This document shows positions 10,777 to 21,551 of a stretch of 64,000 nt of DNA, one piece after another (positions within the stretch are counted from its first letter, which is position 1; each line of letters starts with the position of its first letter). Location: contig CAWKNZ010000002.1 in the NCBI GenBank assembly GCA_963851265.1, positions 1,056,001-1,120,000 on the forward strand. The letters run 5' to 3'. The position numbers were made by a program, and so were the translations under genes. This DNA is from an uncultured Gemmatimonadales bacterium (GTDB lineage: Bacteria > Gemmatimonadota > Gemmatimonadetes > Gemmatimonadales > Gemmatimonadaceae). The notes beneath the pieces are model-generated. The model did no database searches. It was not told the origin of the DNA and saw only the letters and a program-made list of their open reading frames with translations.

Positions 10777-11522
10777 TGCGTCGCGCGCCGGCGCGTGCCG
10801 AGTCGCCGGCGCAGCCGCCGGTTCGGGCGGGGGTCATCACGGAGATGGTCCCCGCGACCCGACGCGCCGGCCGGTGGGAGCTGTCCATCGAGGGGAGGTC
10901 GGTCGGCGTCGTGTCGATCGACCTCGTCGAGCGCATGGGCGTGCGGGTCGGTCGGGCGCTCGACGACGCGGCAGCGGCGCAGCTCTCAGACGGCATCATG
11001 GAGCTGTCCGTGTACGACAGCGCGCTCGGGATGCTCGCGGCTCGTGCGCGATCGTCGCGCGATCTGCGTCACCGGCTGATTCGCGGGGGCGCATCGCCGG
11101 TCCACGCCGACGCCGCGATCGCGCGGTTGCAGGAGGCGGGCTTCCTCGACGATTCGGAGTACGCACGGCAGGTGGCGAGAAGCCGCGTCTCGACGCGCGG
11201 GGATTCGCGGAGGCGCGTGTCGCAAGCGCTCGCGCAGGCGGGCGTCGCGCGGTCGACTGCCGACGAGGCGGTTGCGGAGGTCTTCGTCGACGAGGCCGTG
11301 GACGAAGTCGCGCTCGTCGAACAGGCGGCTCGCAAGCGCGTCCGGAGCCTGGGTGGGCTCGATTCCGCGGTGCGACGGCGACGGCTGTACGGCTACCTGG
11401 CGCGGCGAGGGCACGACGGCGCCGTGATCCGCGACGTCGTCGATCGCGTGCTCGGCGAGAAGTCAGAGGGCGCGGACGATGAGTCCGACCCGTTCGGGTC
11501 GGCCGAGACCGTGACGGAGTAG
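10773..11522 (+). CDS. recX: Regulatory protein RecX
   Basis: Overlaps the recA stop; [14 protein letters not shown]...[10 protein letters not shown] and [11 protein letters not shown] motifs. Confidence 0.9.
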   Translation: MMRRAPARAESPAQPPVRAGVITEMVPATRRAGRWELSIEGRSVGVVSIDLVERMGVRVGRALDDAAAAQLSDGIMELSVYDSALGMLAARARSSRDLRHRLIRGGASPVHADAAIARLQEAGFLDDSEYARQVARSRVSTRGDSRRRVSQALAQAGVARSTADEAVAEVFVDEAVDEVALVEQAARKRVRSLGGLDSAVRRRRLYGYLARRGHDGAVIRDVVDRVLGEKSEGADDESDPFGSAETVTE

Positions 11523-11843
11523 TATGCGCGACTCGCGCCGGACAAAGGGGGACGCCGGCCTTGATATCGGCCTTCGTATGGGCCATCGCTCGGCATGCAC
11601 GTTCGGCCGGGCGCCTCATCGCACTGTCGCAACGCTGATCCTCGAACGCGCGAACGAGGGAATGTTTTCAATATCTGACACCTTTCCCTCGGTAAACGAG
11701 AGCAGAACGAAACCGATTGCGCAGACTCACCCGGCGTGCATAGGTCGACCACGGCCTGCCGCCGAAGCCCGCCGTGTACCACCGTCGCACACCATAAAGC
11801 CCACACGCGCGAACCGATCGCGCCTGATCGGAACCGACTCACC

Positions 11844-12625
11844 ATGGACAGCGCCTCGCACTTCAGCTTTGTCGCGCGTACGGACACCGCGGACCTGCCA
11901 GAACGCACGGGCGCGACCGCGGTCGAACGCATCGCCGTGCGGACGGTCGCCCGAGAGATTGCCGCGATGCCGGCGTCGATGGTCGTCCAACTCGCGCTCT
12001 GGCCAGATGAACTCGCGCGGTGGTCGCGCAGCACACGCACGGATACTTCGGTCGTGTACAACGCCCTCGCAGGTCGGAAGCCGTACCGCGCGGTGCGCGA
12101 ACGACTCGCCGCACGGCTCGGTGTCTCACCGGGCGTGCTCGGGCAACTCATCGACGCGGCGCGCCCGCTCCCGACGAGCCAGCGCGACCCCGACGCGCCG
12201 CCCCCGGCCGAGCCGAGCGCCAGCTGGGACGAACCGCCGTACCCCGCCCACCGCACCGGATCCAATCCGTCGAGCGCCGCGCCGCGGCAACGGTCGCGCG
12301 CGAGATCGCCGCGCTGCCGGCTAGCACGGTCGTCGGGCTCGCGCTCTGGCCCGAAACGCTGGCGGCGTGGTCACGCGAGCGGAAGCTCGCGGCTTCCGTC
12401 GTCTGGGCCGTCCTCGCCGGCACGCCGAGTGCGCCCGTGCGCGACATGCTCGCTCGACGGCTCGGCGTCTCGATGCGCGATCTCGGCGCGCTCATAGACG
12501 CGCGACGGCAGGAGCCGGCGGGGCGTCGCGCGTCGGCCGGCGGCGCGGACACCGGAACGTCCGAGACGCCCGACGAGGTCCTGTCCGTCGACGCGACCTC
12601 CGAAGGCGCCCCACGTCCGGATTAG
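11844..12625 (+). pseudogene. Tandem-duplicated Ner/Nlp-like helix-turn-helix protein, split by a 1-nt frameshift at about 12268
   Basis: Repeat 1 (frame of ORF 11736): VERIAVRTVAREIAAMPASMVVQLALWPDELARWSR..VVYNALAG...RLAARLGVS. Repeat 2 (frame of ORF 12020): VERRAAATVAREIAALPASTVVGLALWPETLAAWSR..VVWAVLAG...MLARRLGVS. Adding one base at AAT-CC^GTC joins them. Confidence 0.7.
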
Positions 12626-12636
12626 ATTGCCGCAAC

Positions 12637-15381
12637 ATGCACGCCGCCGACATCCGATCACGGTTCCTCGAGTTCTTCGCGCGCCAGAACCACGCCGTCC
12701 GGCCGAGCGCCTCGCTCGTGCCCGCGGACGACCCGACCCTGCTGTTCACCAACGCCGGGATGGTCCCGTTCAAGCGCGTCTTCCTCGGTCAGGAGGAGCC
12801 GCCGACGCCCGCGCGACGCGCGACGACGGCGCAGAAGTGCGTGCGTGCCGGCGGCAAGCACAACGACCTCGAACAGGTGGGGCACACGGCCCGGCACCAC
12901 ACCTTCTTCGAGATGCTCGGGAACTTCTCGTTCGGAGACTATTTCAAGCGTGACGCGATCCGCTTCGCGTGGGACTTCGTCACCGGCGACCTCGGGATCC
13001 CGCGCGAGCACCTGCGCGTGAGCGTGTTCCACGAGGACGACGAGGCGCGCGCGCTCTGGCGGGAGATCGCCGGGCTGCCCGACTCGCGGATCTACGGCCT
13101 CGGCGCGAAGGACAACTTCTGGCAGATGGCCGACACCGGGCCGTGCGGCCCGTGCACGGAGATCTACGTCGACCTCGCGGCGGTGGCGCGCGACTACCGC
13201 CTCCCGGACGGCGCGGCCGGCGAGTGGGCGGACCTCGGGCGCGCGGAGTTCTCGACCGATGCGTTCGCCGAGGGGGCGGAGGCTGGCCGGTTCCTCGAGA
13301 TCTGGAACCTCGTGTTCATGCAGTACGACCGGCAGCTCGACGGGACGCTCGTGCCGCTCCCGCGGCCGAGCGTCGACACCGGGGCCGGCCTGGAGCGCAT
13401 CGCCGCCGTGATGCAGGGCGTGACCAACAACTTCCACACCGACGTCTTCGCGCCGCTGATCGCAGCCGTCGAAGCCGCCGTAGGGAAGTCGTACCGAGGG
13501 CGCGAGTCCGACGCGGTCGTCGAGGGCGTCGATCCGGCGTCGTTCCGCGTGCTCGCCGACCACGCCCGTGCGGTTGCGTTCCTCCTCGCCGACGGCGTCT
13601 TCCCCTCCAACGACGGGCGCGGATACGTGCTGCGCCGCATCCTCCGGCGCGCGGTCCGGCACGCGTATCTGTTAGGCAGGACGAGCGAGCCGACGCTCTA
13701 CCGCGTGGTCGAGGCGGTGGTCGCGTCGATGGGCGACGTGTACCCGGAGCTGCGCATGCGCGCCGAGTACCTCGTGGCGACCACGCGCGCCGAGGAGGAG
13801 CGCTTCCTCGCGACCATCGCCGGCGGGCTCGCGCGCTTCGAGGAGCTCGCCCCGGTGCATTCGACGCAGGGCTCGACGTCCCTGCGCGGAGAGATCGACG
13901 GCGAGGAGGCGTTCCGGCTGTACGACACGTTCGGGTTCCCGATCGACCTGACCGAACTCATGGCCGGCGAGCGCGGGTACCGCGTGGACGTGGCGGGCTT
14001 CGAGCGTGCGCTCGGCCGCCAGCGCACGCAGTCGCAGGAGGAGCGACGCTCGCGCAACATCGCCGTTTCGGCCGACACGCTCGGCGACCTCGCGGCGTGG
14101 CAGCGCGACGGCGTGCCGATCGAGGAGGCCGGCCGCTTCGTCGGGTACCAGCGCGTGAGCGTCGAGACCGATGTGGCCGCACTTCGCGACGTGGGCGGCG
14201 GTCGCGTGGCGGTGCTGCTGCGCGAGGCGCCGTTCTACGCGGAGAGCGGGGGGCAGGTGAGCGACCACGGCGAGATCGTCGGCGACGGGTGGCGCGTGGA
14301 CGTGGACGAGGTGCGCAAGGTCGACGGGCGGATCGTCGCGTTAGGCGTCGCGCGCGGAACGCCGACCTTCGGCCGCGTGTTGGCGCGCGTGCCGGCCGAC
14401 CGGCGCCGGGACACCGAGCGGAACCACACGGCGACGCACCTCCTGCACGCCGCGCTGCGCCAGGTCCTCGGCGAGCACGTGCACCAGGCCGGGTCGGTGG
14501 TCGAGCCGGACCGGCTCCGCTTCGACTTCACGCACCACGGGCCCGTCCGAGCGGCCGAGATCGACGAGGTCGAGGCGATCGTCAACCGCGGGATCTGGAG
14601 CGATGCGCCGGTCGGGATCACGGAGAAGGCGTACGCCGACGCGCTCGCGCAGGGCGCGATGGCGCTGTTCGGTGAGAAGTACGGCGACGTCGTGCGCGTG
14701 GTCGAGATTCCCGAGCTGTCGACCGAGCTCTGCGGCGGGACGCACGTCCGGCACACGGCGGAGATCGGGCTCTTCCGCGTCGTCCAGGAGACCGGCGTCG
14801 CGGCCGGCGTGCGCCGCGTCGTCGCACTCACGGGCCCCCGCGCGTACGAACATCTCCGGGCGCGGGAGCGCACGCTCGACGAGGTCGCGAGCGTGCTCAA
14901 GACGCCGGCCGACCAGGCCGTGCGGCGCGCGCAGGCGCTCGTCGACGAGCGACGGCAGCTCGAACGCCGGCTGGACGAGGCGCAACGCGGCGGCGGCGCG
15001 ACGCAGGTCCAGACGCTCGCAGCAGCCGCGGCACCGCTCGGCGTCGGCGCGCGGTTCGTGGCGCGCGAAGTCCAGGCCGGCGACGTCGACGCGCTCAAGT
15101 CGTTGGGCGACGCGGTGCGCGAGCAGCTTCCCGACGGAATCGGCGTGCTTGGCGCGCGTACCGACGACGGGAAAGCGATGCTGCTCGCCGTCGTGGGCGA
15201 CGCGTTGCGCGAACGGGGGATTCGCGCGGACGAGGCCGTGCGGCGCGTGGCCGCGGCGGTCGGTGGACGCGGAGGCGGCAAGCCGCACATGGCGCAGGCC
15301 GGTGTGCCGGATCCCGCGCGCCTTGGTGAGGCGCTCGCGGCGGCTGAAGCGGCGCTCGGACCGCTGGTCGACGCGCGGTGA
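12637..15381 (+). CDS. alaS: Alanine--tRNA ligase
   Basis: DPTLLFTNAGM, RHHTFFEMLGNFSFGDYFK, NHTATHLLH, ELCGGTHV and GGRGGGKP motifs. Confidence 0.99.
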   Translation: MHAADIRSRFLEFFARQNHAVRPSASLVPADDPTLLFTNAGMVPFKRVFLGQEEPPTPARRATTAQKCVRAGGKHNDLEQVGHTARHHTFFEMLGNFSFGDYFKRDAIRFAWDFVTGDLGIPREHLRVSVFHEDDEARALWREIAGLPDSRIYGLGAKDNFWQMADTGPCGPCTEIYVDLAAVARDYRLPDGAAGEWADLGRAEFSTDAFAEGAEAGRFLEIWNLVFMQYDRQLDGTLVPLPRPSVDTGAGLERIAAVMQGVTNNFHTDVFAPLIAAVEAAVGKSYRGRESDAVVEGVDPASFRVLADHARAVAFLLADGVFPSNDGRGYVLRRILRRAVRHAYLLGRTSEPTLYRVVEAVVASMGDVYPELRMRAEYLVATTRAEEERFLATIAGGLARFEELAPVHSTQGSTSLRGEIDGEEAFRLYDTFGFPIDLTELMAGERGYRVDVAGFERALGRQRTQSQEERRSRNIAVSADTLGDLAAWQRDGVPIEEAGRFVGYQRVSVETDVAALRDVGGGRVAVLLREAPFYAESGGQVSDHGEIVGDGWRVDVDEVRKVDGRIVALGVARGTPTFGRVLARVPADRRRDTERNHTATHLLHAALRQVLGEHVHQAGSVVEPDRLRFDFTHHGPVRAAEIDEVEAIVNRGIWSDAPVGITEKAYADALAQGAMALFGEKYGDVVRVVEIPELSTELCGGTHVRHTAEIGLFRVVQETGVAAGVRRVVALTGPRAYEHLRARERTLDEVASVLKTPADQAVRRAQALVDERRQLERRLDEAQRGGGATQVQTLAAAAAPLGVGARFVAREVQAGDVDALKSLGDAVREQLPDGIGVLGARTDDGKAMLLAVVGDALRERGIRADEAVRRVAAAVGGRGGGKPHMAQAGVPDPARLGEALAAAEAALGPLVDAR

Positions 15382-15385
15382 TTGC

Positions 15386-15700
15386 GTGAGCGAGGCGAGT
15401 CGCGCGGACGTCGCGCCCGAGGCACTCGAGCGGCGCGTTCGGCAACTCCTCGAGTCTTCAGGCGGCCCCGCGACGTCACCGGTCGAGCGACACCTGACGG
15501 CCGCCGAGCAAACGGTCGCGCGCCTGTTACGCGATCAGTCCACGTCGCGTGCGTCGGCGCTCGACCTGCTCGCGGCCGACGCACTCGCGACGTACGCGTT
15601 CGAACTTGCCGCCGACGACCCGGACACGATCCCGGAACTCGCCATCGCGGCGATGGCGCGTTTCGCCGCGCTCGCCGCTGCCGCACCGCCCGACGTCTGA
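15386..15700 (+). CDS. Hypothetical helical protein (MSEASRADVAPEALERR...SALDLLAADALATYAFE)
   Basis: GTG 4 nt after the alaS stop; typical codon usage; fills the gap before gmhA. Confidence 0.7.
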   Translation: MSEASRADVAPEALERRVRQLLESSGGPATSPVERHLTAAEQTVARLLRDQSTSRASALDLLAADALATYAFELAADDPDTIPELAIAAMARFAALAAAAPPDV

Positions 15701-15742
15701 CGCGGTGCGGCTCCCCGCGGCGAACCCCTTCCTGCTCCTTCG

Positions 15743-16348
15743 ATGACGTCTGCACATTCTCCCTCCGTTGCGTCCGCCGCCGTGTCACCCGCCGAGGTCG
15801 TCGGCGCCCTGCGCGAGCTCGCCGACCTCGCTGCGCGCACGGCGGATACTCTGGCGGACGATGTCGCGGTTGCCGCGACGCTCGTGCGCGACACCGTGCG
15901 CGGTGGCGGAACGCTGTATTTCTGCGGCAACGGCGGGAGCGCTGCCGACGCGCAGCACATGGCGACCGAATACGTGATTCGCTACCGTCGCAATCGGCGG
16001 GCGTATCCTGCTGTCGCATTCACGACCGACTCGTCGCTCCTCACCGCGTGCGGCAACGACTTCGGCTTCGACCAGGTGTTCGCGCGGCAGGTGGAAGCGT
16101 TCTGCCGTCCCGGCGATCTGCTGGTCATCCACTCGACGAGCGGCAACTCGCCCAACGTGCTGCGCGCGGCCGAGGCGGCGCGAGAGGCGGGCGTGCGCGT
16201 GCTCGCGTTCTCCTCGCGCGACGGTGGTGCGTTGCGCGCGCTCGCGGACCACAACGTCGTGATCCCGACCGACCGGACGGAGCGCGCGCAGGAGCTACAC
16301 ATGTGCATCGAACACCTGATCTGCGACCTCGTCGAGGCCGAGCTGTGA
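15743..16348 (+). CDS. gmhA: D-sedoheptulose-7-phosphate isomerase (SIS domain)
   Basis: CGNGGSAADAQH, TACGNDFGFDQVFARQV, STSGNSPNV and QELH motifs. Confidence 0.92.
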   Translation: MTSAHSPSVASAAVSPAEVVGALRELADLAARTADTLADDVAVAATLVRDTVRGGGTLYFCGNGGSAADAQHMATEYVIRYRRNRRAYPAVAFTTDSSLLTACGNDFGFDQVFARQVEAFCRPGDLLVIHSTSGNSPNVLRAAEAAREAGVRVLAFSSRDGGALRALADHNVVIPTDRTERAQELHMCIEHLICDLVEAEL

Positions 16349-17100
16349 TCGACCTCCGCGGGCGGCGCGCCGTGGTGAGCGGGGCGTCGCGCGGCATCGG
16401 CGCGGCCGCGGTTCGGCTGCTCGCGGGCGCGGGTGCCGACGTGGTCGTGGGCTACCGCGCGCGCGCGCACGACGCCGAAGCCGTGGCCGCGGAGGCGCGC
16501 GCGACCGGGGCGCGCGCGGTGACGTGCGCCGCAGACCTCGACACGCGGGCCGGGTGCGACGCGCTGGTGCAGGCCGGCGTCGACGCGTTCGGCGGGATCG
16601 ACATCGTCGTGATCAACCATGGCGTGTGGCCCGCCGAGGAGGTCGCCGTCGCGGCGATGGACGACGCGCGGTGGAGCGCGACGATGCGCGCCGACCTCGA
16701 CTCGGTGTTCTGGCTCTCGCGCGCGGCGGCCGGCGCGTTAGGCGCGGGCGGACGGCTCGTGCTCGTGTCCAGCACGGCCGGGCAGCGTGGCGAGGCGTTC
16801 CACGCCGACTACGCGGCGGCGAAGGGCGCCATGATCAGCTTCGTCAAGTCGCTCGCCGTCGAACTTGCGCCGCGCGACGTGACCGTCAACTGCGTCGCGC
16901 CGGGGTGGGTCGACACCGAGATGACCGACTCGGCGCTCCGAGGCGGCGGCCGCGCGCGCATCGCGGGCACGATCCCGATCGGACGCGTCGCGAGCGCCGA
17001 GGACGTCGCGGGCCCGATCGTATTCCTCGCGTCGCCGCTCGCGCGCCATGTGACGGGTGAGGTGCTCAACGTGAACGGCGGGAGCGTACTGTGCGGCTGA
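16345..17100 (+). CDS. Short-chain dehydrogenase/reductase (FabG-like)
   Basis: SGASRGIG, YAAAKG, VNCVAPGWVDT and VTGEVLNVNGG motifs; GTG overlaps the gmhA stop. Confidence 0.92.
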   Translation: MIDLRGRRAVVSGASRGIGAAAVRLLAGAGADVVVGYRARAHDAEAVAAEARATGARAVTCAADLDTRAGCDALVQAGVDAFGGIDIVVINHGVWPAEEVAVAAMDDARWSATMRADLDSVFWLSRAAAGALGAGGRLVLVSSTAGQRGEAFHADYAAAKGAMISFVKSLAVELAPRDVTVNCVAPGWVDTEMTDSALRGGGRARIAGTIPIGRVASAEDVAGPIVFLASPLARHVTGEVLNVNGGSVLCG

Positions 17101-18128
17101 GCGCGCCCGGCGCGGCAGACGCGCCGGGCACCGATGCCGGCGCGCGCCGCCCGCGCGTCGTCGCGCTGTTCACCGGCGGAACGATCTCGATGCGCGTGGA
17201 CCCGACGGCGGGCGGCGCCGTCCCGGCGCTCTCGGCGGACGAGATCCTCGCCGCGGCGCGCGGCGTCGATGGCGTGGCGGACGTGCGCGCCGAGGGCTGG
17301 GGCCGCTTTCCGGGGCCGCACATGACCGTCGAGCGCCAGTGGGCGCTTCGGCACCGCATCGCCGTGCTGCTCGACGACGCCGAGGTCGACGGGCTCGTGG
17401 TCACGCACGGCACCGACACGCTCGAGGAGACCGCGTACCTCGTCGCACGCTCGATCGCGTCTCCCAAGCCGGTCGTATTTACCGGGGCGATGCGCTCCGC
17501 GAGCGACCTCGGGTGGGACGGGCCGCAGAACCTGCTCGACGCCGTGCGCGTTGCCGCCGCGCCGGCGAGCGCGGGTCAGGGAACGCTGGTCGTGATGGGC
17601 GGCCGCATCTTCGCCGCGCTCGAAGACACGAAGGCGCACACGCACCAGCTCGACGCGTTCGAGGCGCCCGGCCTGGGACCGTTAGGCGTGATCGACGAGG
17701 ACCGCGTGCTGTTCCGCCGAAGCCTCGTCAACGTGCCCGCACCGCTCAACCCTGCCGCGCCGGGCGACCCGGTCGACATCGTCGGGAGTTGGGCGGGCGC
17801 CGACGCGCGGCTGCTGGATGCGTCGCTCGCGAGCGGCGCACGCGGCGTCGTGATCGCCGCGATGGGGCGCGGCAACCTGCCCCCCGCGATGGTACCGGGC
17901 GTCGAGCGGTGGCTCGACGCGGGCCGACCGGTCGTGATCGCGTCGCGTGCGCCGCGGGGGCGCGTCGGACAGACCTACGCGTACCCGGGCGGCGGCCGCA
18001 AGCTGTGGGAGATGGGCGCGATGTTCGCCGGCGCGCGGCGCCCGGCGCAGGCGCGGATCGACCTCATGCTGGCGATCGGCGTGTCGGCCGATGCGACCCG
18101 GCTGCGCGAGCTGTTCGACGCGCGTTAG
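17091..18128 (+). CDS. L-asparaginase family protein
   Basis: TGGTISM, VTHGTDTLEETAY and PVVFTGAMR motifs. Confidence 0.93.
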   Translation: MRLSAPGAADAPGTDAGARRPRVVALFTGGTISMRVDPTAGGAVPALSADEILAAARGVDGVADVRAEGWGRFPGPHMTVERQWALRHRIAVLLDDAEVDGLVVTHGTDTLEETAYLVARSIASPKPVVFTGAMRSASDLGWDGPQNLLDAVRVAAAPASAGQGTLVVMGGRIFAALEDTKAHTHQLDAFEAPGLGPLGVIDEDRVLFRRSLVNVPAPLNPAAPGDPVDIVGSWAGADARLLDASLASGARGVVIAAMGRGNLPPAMVPGVERWLDAGRPVVIASRAPRGRVGQTYAYPGGGRKLWEMGAMFAGARRPAQARIDLMLAIGVSADATRLRELFDAR

Positions 18129-18158
18129 CCCCGTCGCACCGTCCCGTCCCGAGCCGGT

Positions 18159-19517
18159 GTGAGCGAGCCGCCCCCCACCTCGGCGCGCGCGCTCGCCGGG
18201 CGCCTGCGCCCGCCCGAGGGCGTGCTCGAGATCGCGGGCCGCCTCGAGCGCGCGGGGTACGAGGCGTGGTGCGTCGGCGGGGCCGTGCGCGACGTCCTGC
18301 TCGGGCACCCGTCGCTGGACTGGGACCTCGCGACGTCCGCCGAGCCCGCGGTCGTCCAGGAGCTGTTCCGGCGAACGGTACCCAAGGGCGTCGAGTTCGG
18401 TACCGTCGGTGTGTTCGACCGCACCGGCGTGCTGCACGAGGTCACGACGTTCCGCCGCGACGTGCAGACCGACGGTCGGCACGCGGTGGTCGCGTTCGGG
18501 GCCTCGCTCGTGGACGACCTCGCACGCCGCGACCTCACGATCAACGCGATCGCGTTCCGACCCGCGACCGGAGAGATCGCGGACCCGTTCGACGGCGTCG
18601 GCGACGCGCGGCGTCGCCTCGTCCGCGCCGTCGGCGATGCGCCGACGCGTATGCGCGAGGATCGGCTGCGCGCGCTGCGCGCGATCCGATTTGCGGCGCG
18701 ATTCGAGTTCGAGATCGACCGGGATACCTGGCTGGCGATCGTCGCGAGCGCGCCGCACCTCGGCCGGCTCTCGCCGGAGCGCGTACGCGAGGAGATCGAC
18801 AAGACGATGCGACAGGTTCGTCTGCCGTCCGCGGCGCTTCTCCGGTGGCGCGACGCCGGCGCGCTCGCGGTTCTCGTGCCCGCACTCGCCACACAATCCG
18901 AGATCGCGTTCCGAACGGTCGACTGTCTCGCCGCGCCCACGCTCGCCGGCCGGCCGCAGCGACTGCCGAACCGGCTCGCCGCGGCCTGGCTCGGCATCCC
19001 GCGGGCCGACGTCGAGCGGGGCCTGCGTGCGCTCCGCGCCAGCAACCACGAGGTGCGATGGACCGCTGATCTGACGCAACGCGCCGCGGCGTTGCTCGAT
19101 CGCGCGCGCGTCGAGCTCGTGTCTGAGCACGGCGCATCGGACGCGGAGCTGCGGCGGTGGGCGGCGATCTGCGGGCGCACGCTCGCCGCGGCGACGTTTC
19201 GGCTCGTGGCCGCCCGGTTCGCGGCGGAACGTGCGCCCGGGGCAGATTCCGCAGGCGACCGCGCGGGTCCTCCGATTCCTGGTGCCGCGCGTGTGCGGTC
19301 GACCTACCGCCGGCTCGTGCGGATCGCTTACCGTGACCCGATCGAGCTCGCCGACCTCGCCGTCTCGGGAAGCGACCTGCCCGGCGTTGGTGTGACGGCG
19401 GGGCCGGCCGTGGGCGCTACGTTGCGACAGCTTCTCGACGACGTGGTCGAAGACCCGGCGCGCAACACGCGCGCGTGGCTGCTCGCCCGAGCGGCCGCGC
19501 TCGCCGACCGCGCGTAG
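18159..19517 (+). CDS. cca: CCA tRNA nucleotidyltransferase
   Basis: VGGAVRD.LLG..DWDLAT, EVTTFRRD, DLARRDLTINA and EDRLRALRAIRFAAR motifs. Confidence 0.9.
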   Translation: MSEPPPTSARALAGRLRPPEGVLEIAGRLERAGYEAWCVGGAVRDVLLGHPSLDWDLATSAEPAVVQELFRRTVPKGVEFGTVGVFDRTGVLHEVTTFRRDVQTDGRHAVVAFGASLVDDLARRDLTINAIAFRPATGEIADPFDGVGDARRRLVRAVGDAPTRMREDRLRALRAIRFAARFEFEIDRDTWLAIVASAPHLGRLSPERVREEIDKTMRQVRLPSAALLRWRDAGALAVLVPALATQSEIAFRTVDCLAAPTLAGRPQRLPNRLAAAWLGIPRADVERGLRALRASNHEVRWTADLTQRAAALLDRARVELVSEHGASDAELRRWAAICGRTLAAATFRLVAARFAAERAPGADSAGDRAGPPIPGAARVRSTYRRLVRIAYRDPIELADLAVSGSDLPGVGVTAGPAVGATLRQLLDDVVEDPARNTRAWLLARAAALADRA

Positions 19518-19587
19518 GCACGTAGGCCGTTCGGTCCGACCAGCCAGGTCCACGGACTCGTCCGGCTTCACCCGCTCCCTCTACGCG

Positions 19588-20139
19588 ATGCTCTTCCGCG
19601 GCCGACAGCCCGCCGCCAGCGTGTGGCGCCGCTTCCGCTCCGACGCCGACGAATTCACGGCAGTCGAGGCGGACGGATATATGGAGATTCGCGTTGACGC
19701 CAATGCGGACCGCGCGGTCGACCTGCTGAACGCGCTCGCGGAGCAACTTCCGCCTGCGGTCGACGTCTACGTCGAGGATGTGCGTGGCCGTCGCGCGTGG
19801 CGCGGCACCGACGTCGCACTGCCCGACGTGCGTGAAAGCATTTCGCGCCTGAAGGTGCCGCTCGCCGCGTACGGCGGAGTTGAGTTCGCGATCTACACCG
19901 CGGACGACCAGATCACGCTTGCGGCCGATCTCACGCTATACGTCTACTCGCGGACCGACCGCTGGATCTACGTCCTCCAGAGCTTCGGACTCATCGAGTC
20001 GCGGACGCCGTCGCGAGACAGCTACGAACTGCTGCGCGACGAGCTCGGCGACGCGCCTGAACTCGCGGACGCCCTCGTCACCGTCGCGGACCGTATGAGT
20101 TTGCCCGCCGTCGGATCGACCGTGGCGACGCGCGCGTGA
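19588..20139 (+). CDS. Hypothetical protein
   Basis: 183-aa ORF with globular composition and typical codon usage; GTGA overlap with rarA. Confidence 0.8.
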   Translation: MLFRGRQPAASVWRRFRSDADEFTAVEADGYMEIRVDANADRAVDLLNALAEQLPPAVDVYVEDVRGRRAWRGTDVALPDVRESISRLKVPLAAYGGVEFAIYTADDQITLAADLTLYVYSRTDRWIYVLQSFGLIESRTPSRDSYELLRDELGDAPELADALVTVADRMSLPAVGSTVATRA

Positions 20140-21551
20140 CTGCCCGGCGCCGCGGTGCGCCCGCCGCGCCGGGCGACTCGCTCTTCGGGACGGCGCGCGA
20201 GGCGGCGGCTCCGCTCGCGTCGCGCATGCGGCCTCGCACGCTCGAGGAGTTCGTCGGACAGCAGCACCTGTTGGGGCCGGGCCGACCACTCGGTGACTCG
20301 ATTCGGCGAGGGACCGTGCGTTCGATGATTCTCTGGGGTCCGCCGGGCACCGGGAAAACAACGCTCGCCCGCCTGGTCGCGGGGTACACCGATCGGATGT
20401 TCGTGCCGTTCTCGGCCGTGACCGAAGGCGTTCCGCGTGTGCGCGAGATCGTCGGGGAGGCTGCGGAGCGGTGGCAGCGCGAGGGGCGGGGAACGATTCT
20501 GTTCGTCGACGAGATCCATCGCTTCAACCGCGGACAGCAGGACGCGTTCCTTCCGCATGTCGAGAGCGGTACGGTCACGCTGATCGGCGCGACGACGGAG
20601 AACCCGTCGTTCGAACTCGTCGGCGCGTTGCTGTCGCGCGCGCACGTGTTCGTGCTCGAGCCGCTGGGCGCGGACGCGCTCGTGTCCCTCGTTCGGACCG
20701 CGCTCGCCGACGCCGAGCGCGGCCTCGGCTCGCTCGCGTTGCGGGCCGACGAGGACGCGGTCGCGCTGCTGGCCGAGCTCGCCGACGGTGACGCGCGGCG
20801 CGCGTTGACGACGCTGGAATCGGCCGCGGACCTCGCGGGAGCGGGGGGGCAGATCACGACCGCGCTCATTCGCGACGCACTCCAGCGGCGCGTGCCCCGG
20901 TACGACAAGGCGGGCGAGGAGCACTACAACATCATCTCGGCGTATCACAAGGCGCTGCGGGGTAGCGATCCGCAGGGGGCGTTGTACTGGCTGGCCCGGA
21001 TGATCGAAGGCGGCGAGGACCCTATGTACATCGCGCGGCGAACGGTGCGCTTCGCCGTCGAGGACGTCGGACTCGCCGACCCCAACGCGCTGCGCCTCGC
21101 AATCGCCGCGCGTGACGCGTATCAGTTTCTCGGTTCGCCCGAAGGCGACCTGGCTCTGGCCGAGGCCGCTGTCTACCTGGCGACCGCGCCGAAGTCGAAT
21201 CGGGTGTACGCGGCGTGGAAGGCTGCGCTCGCGGCGGCGCGCGAGTCCCCGGCCGAGCCGGTGCCGCTGCACATCCGGAACGCGCCGACGGGCCTGATGC
21301 GCGAACTCGGGTACGGCGCGGGGTATGAATACGCGCACGATGTGCCCGAGGCGTACATCGCGCAGGAGTATCTCCCGGATCGACTCCGCGGCGCGGCGTT
21401 CTACGAGCCCGGGCCGCACGGCTTCGAGCGGGACGTGGCGCGACGCCTCGCGTGGTGGGCCGACCTCAAGGCCCGCGCGGCGGGAGACGCCGAAGGGCCC
21501 GAATCGACGAACGACCCTACGACCAGCCGCGACGTCGGCAAGGAGGCATGA
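20136..21551 (+). CDS. rarA: Replication-associated recombination protein A (MgsA/RarA AAA+ ATPase)
   Basis: [39 protein letters not shown] and [10 protein letters not shown] motifs. Confidence 0.96.
   Translation: MTARRRGAPAAPGDSLFGTAREAAAPLASRMRPRTLEEFVGQQHLLGPGRPLGDSIRRGTVRSMILWGPPGTGKTTLARLVAGYTDRMFVPFSAVTEGVPRVREIVGEAAERWQREGRGTILFVDEIHRFNRGQQDAFLPHVESGTVTLIGATTENPSFELVGALLSRAHVFVLEPLGADALVSLVRTALADAERGLGSLALRADEDAVALLAELADGDARRALTTLESAADLAGAGGQITTALIRDALQRRVPRYDKAGEEHYNIISAYHKALRGSDPQGALYWLARMIEGGEDPMYIARRTVRFAVEDVGLADPNALRLAIAARDAYQFLGSPEGDLALAEAAVYLATAPKSNRVYAAWKAALAAARESPAEPVPLHIRNAPTGLMRELGYGAGYEYAHDVPEAYIAQEYLPDRLRGAAFYEPGPHGFERDVARRLAWWADLKARAAGDAEGPESTNDPTTSRDVGKEA

Noticed and set aside
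11524..12324. ORF 11524-12324 as a gene
   Set aside because: Low-complexity translation overlapping the better-supported Ner-like repeats.
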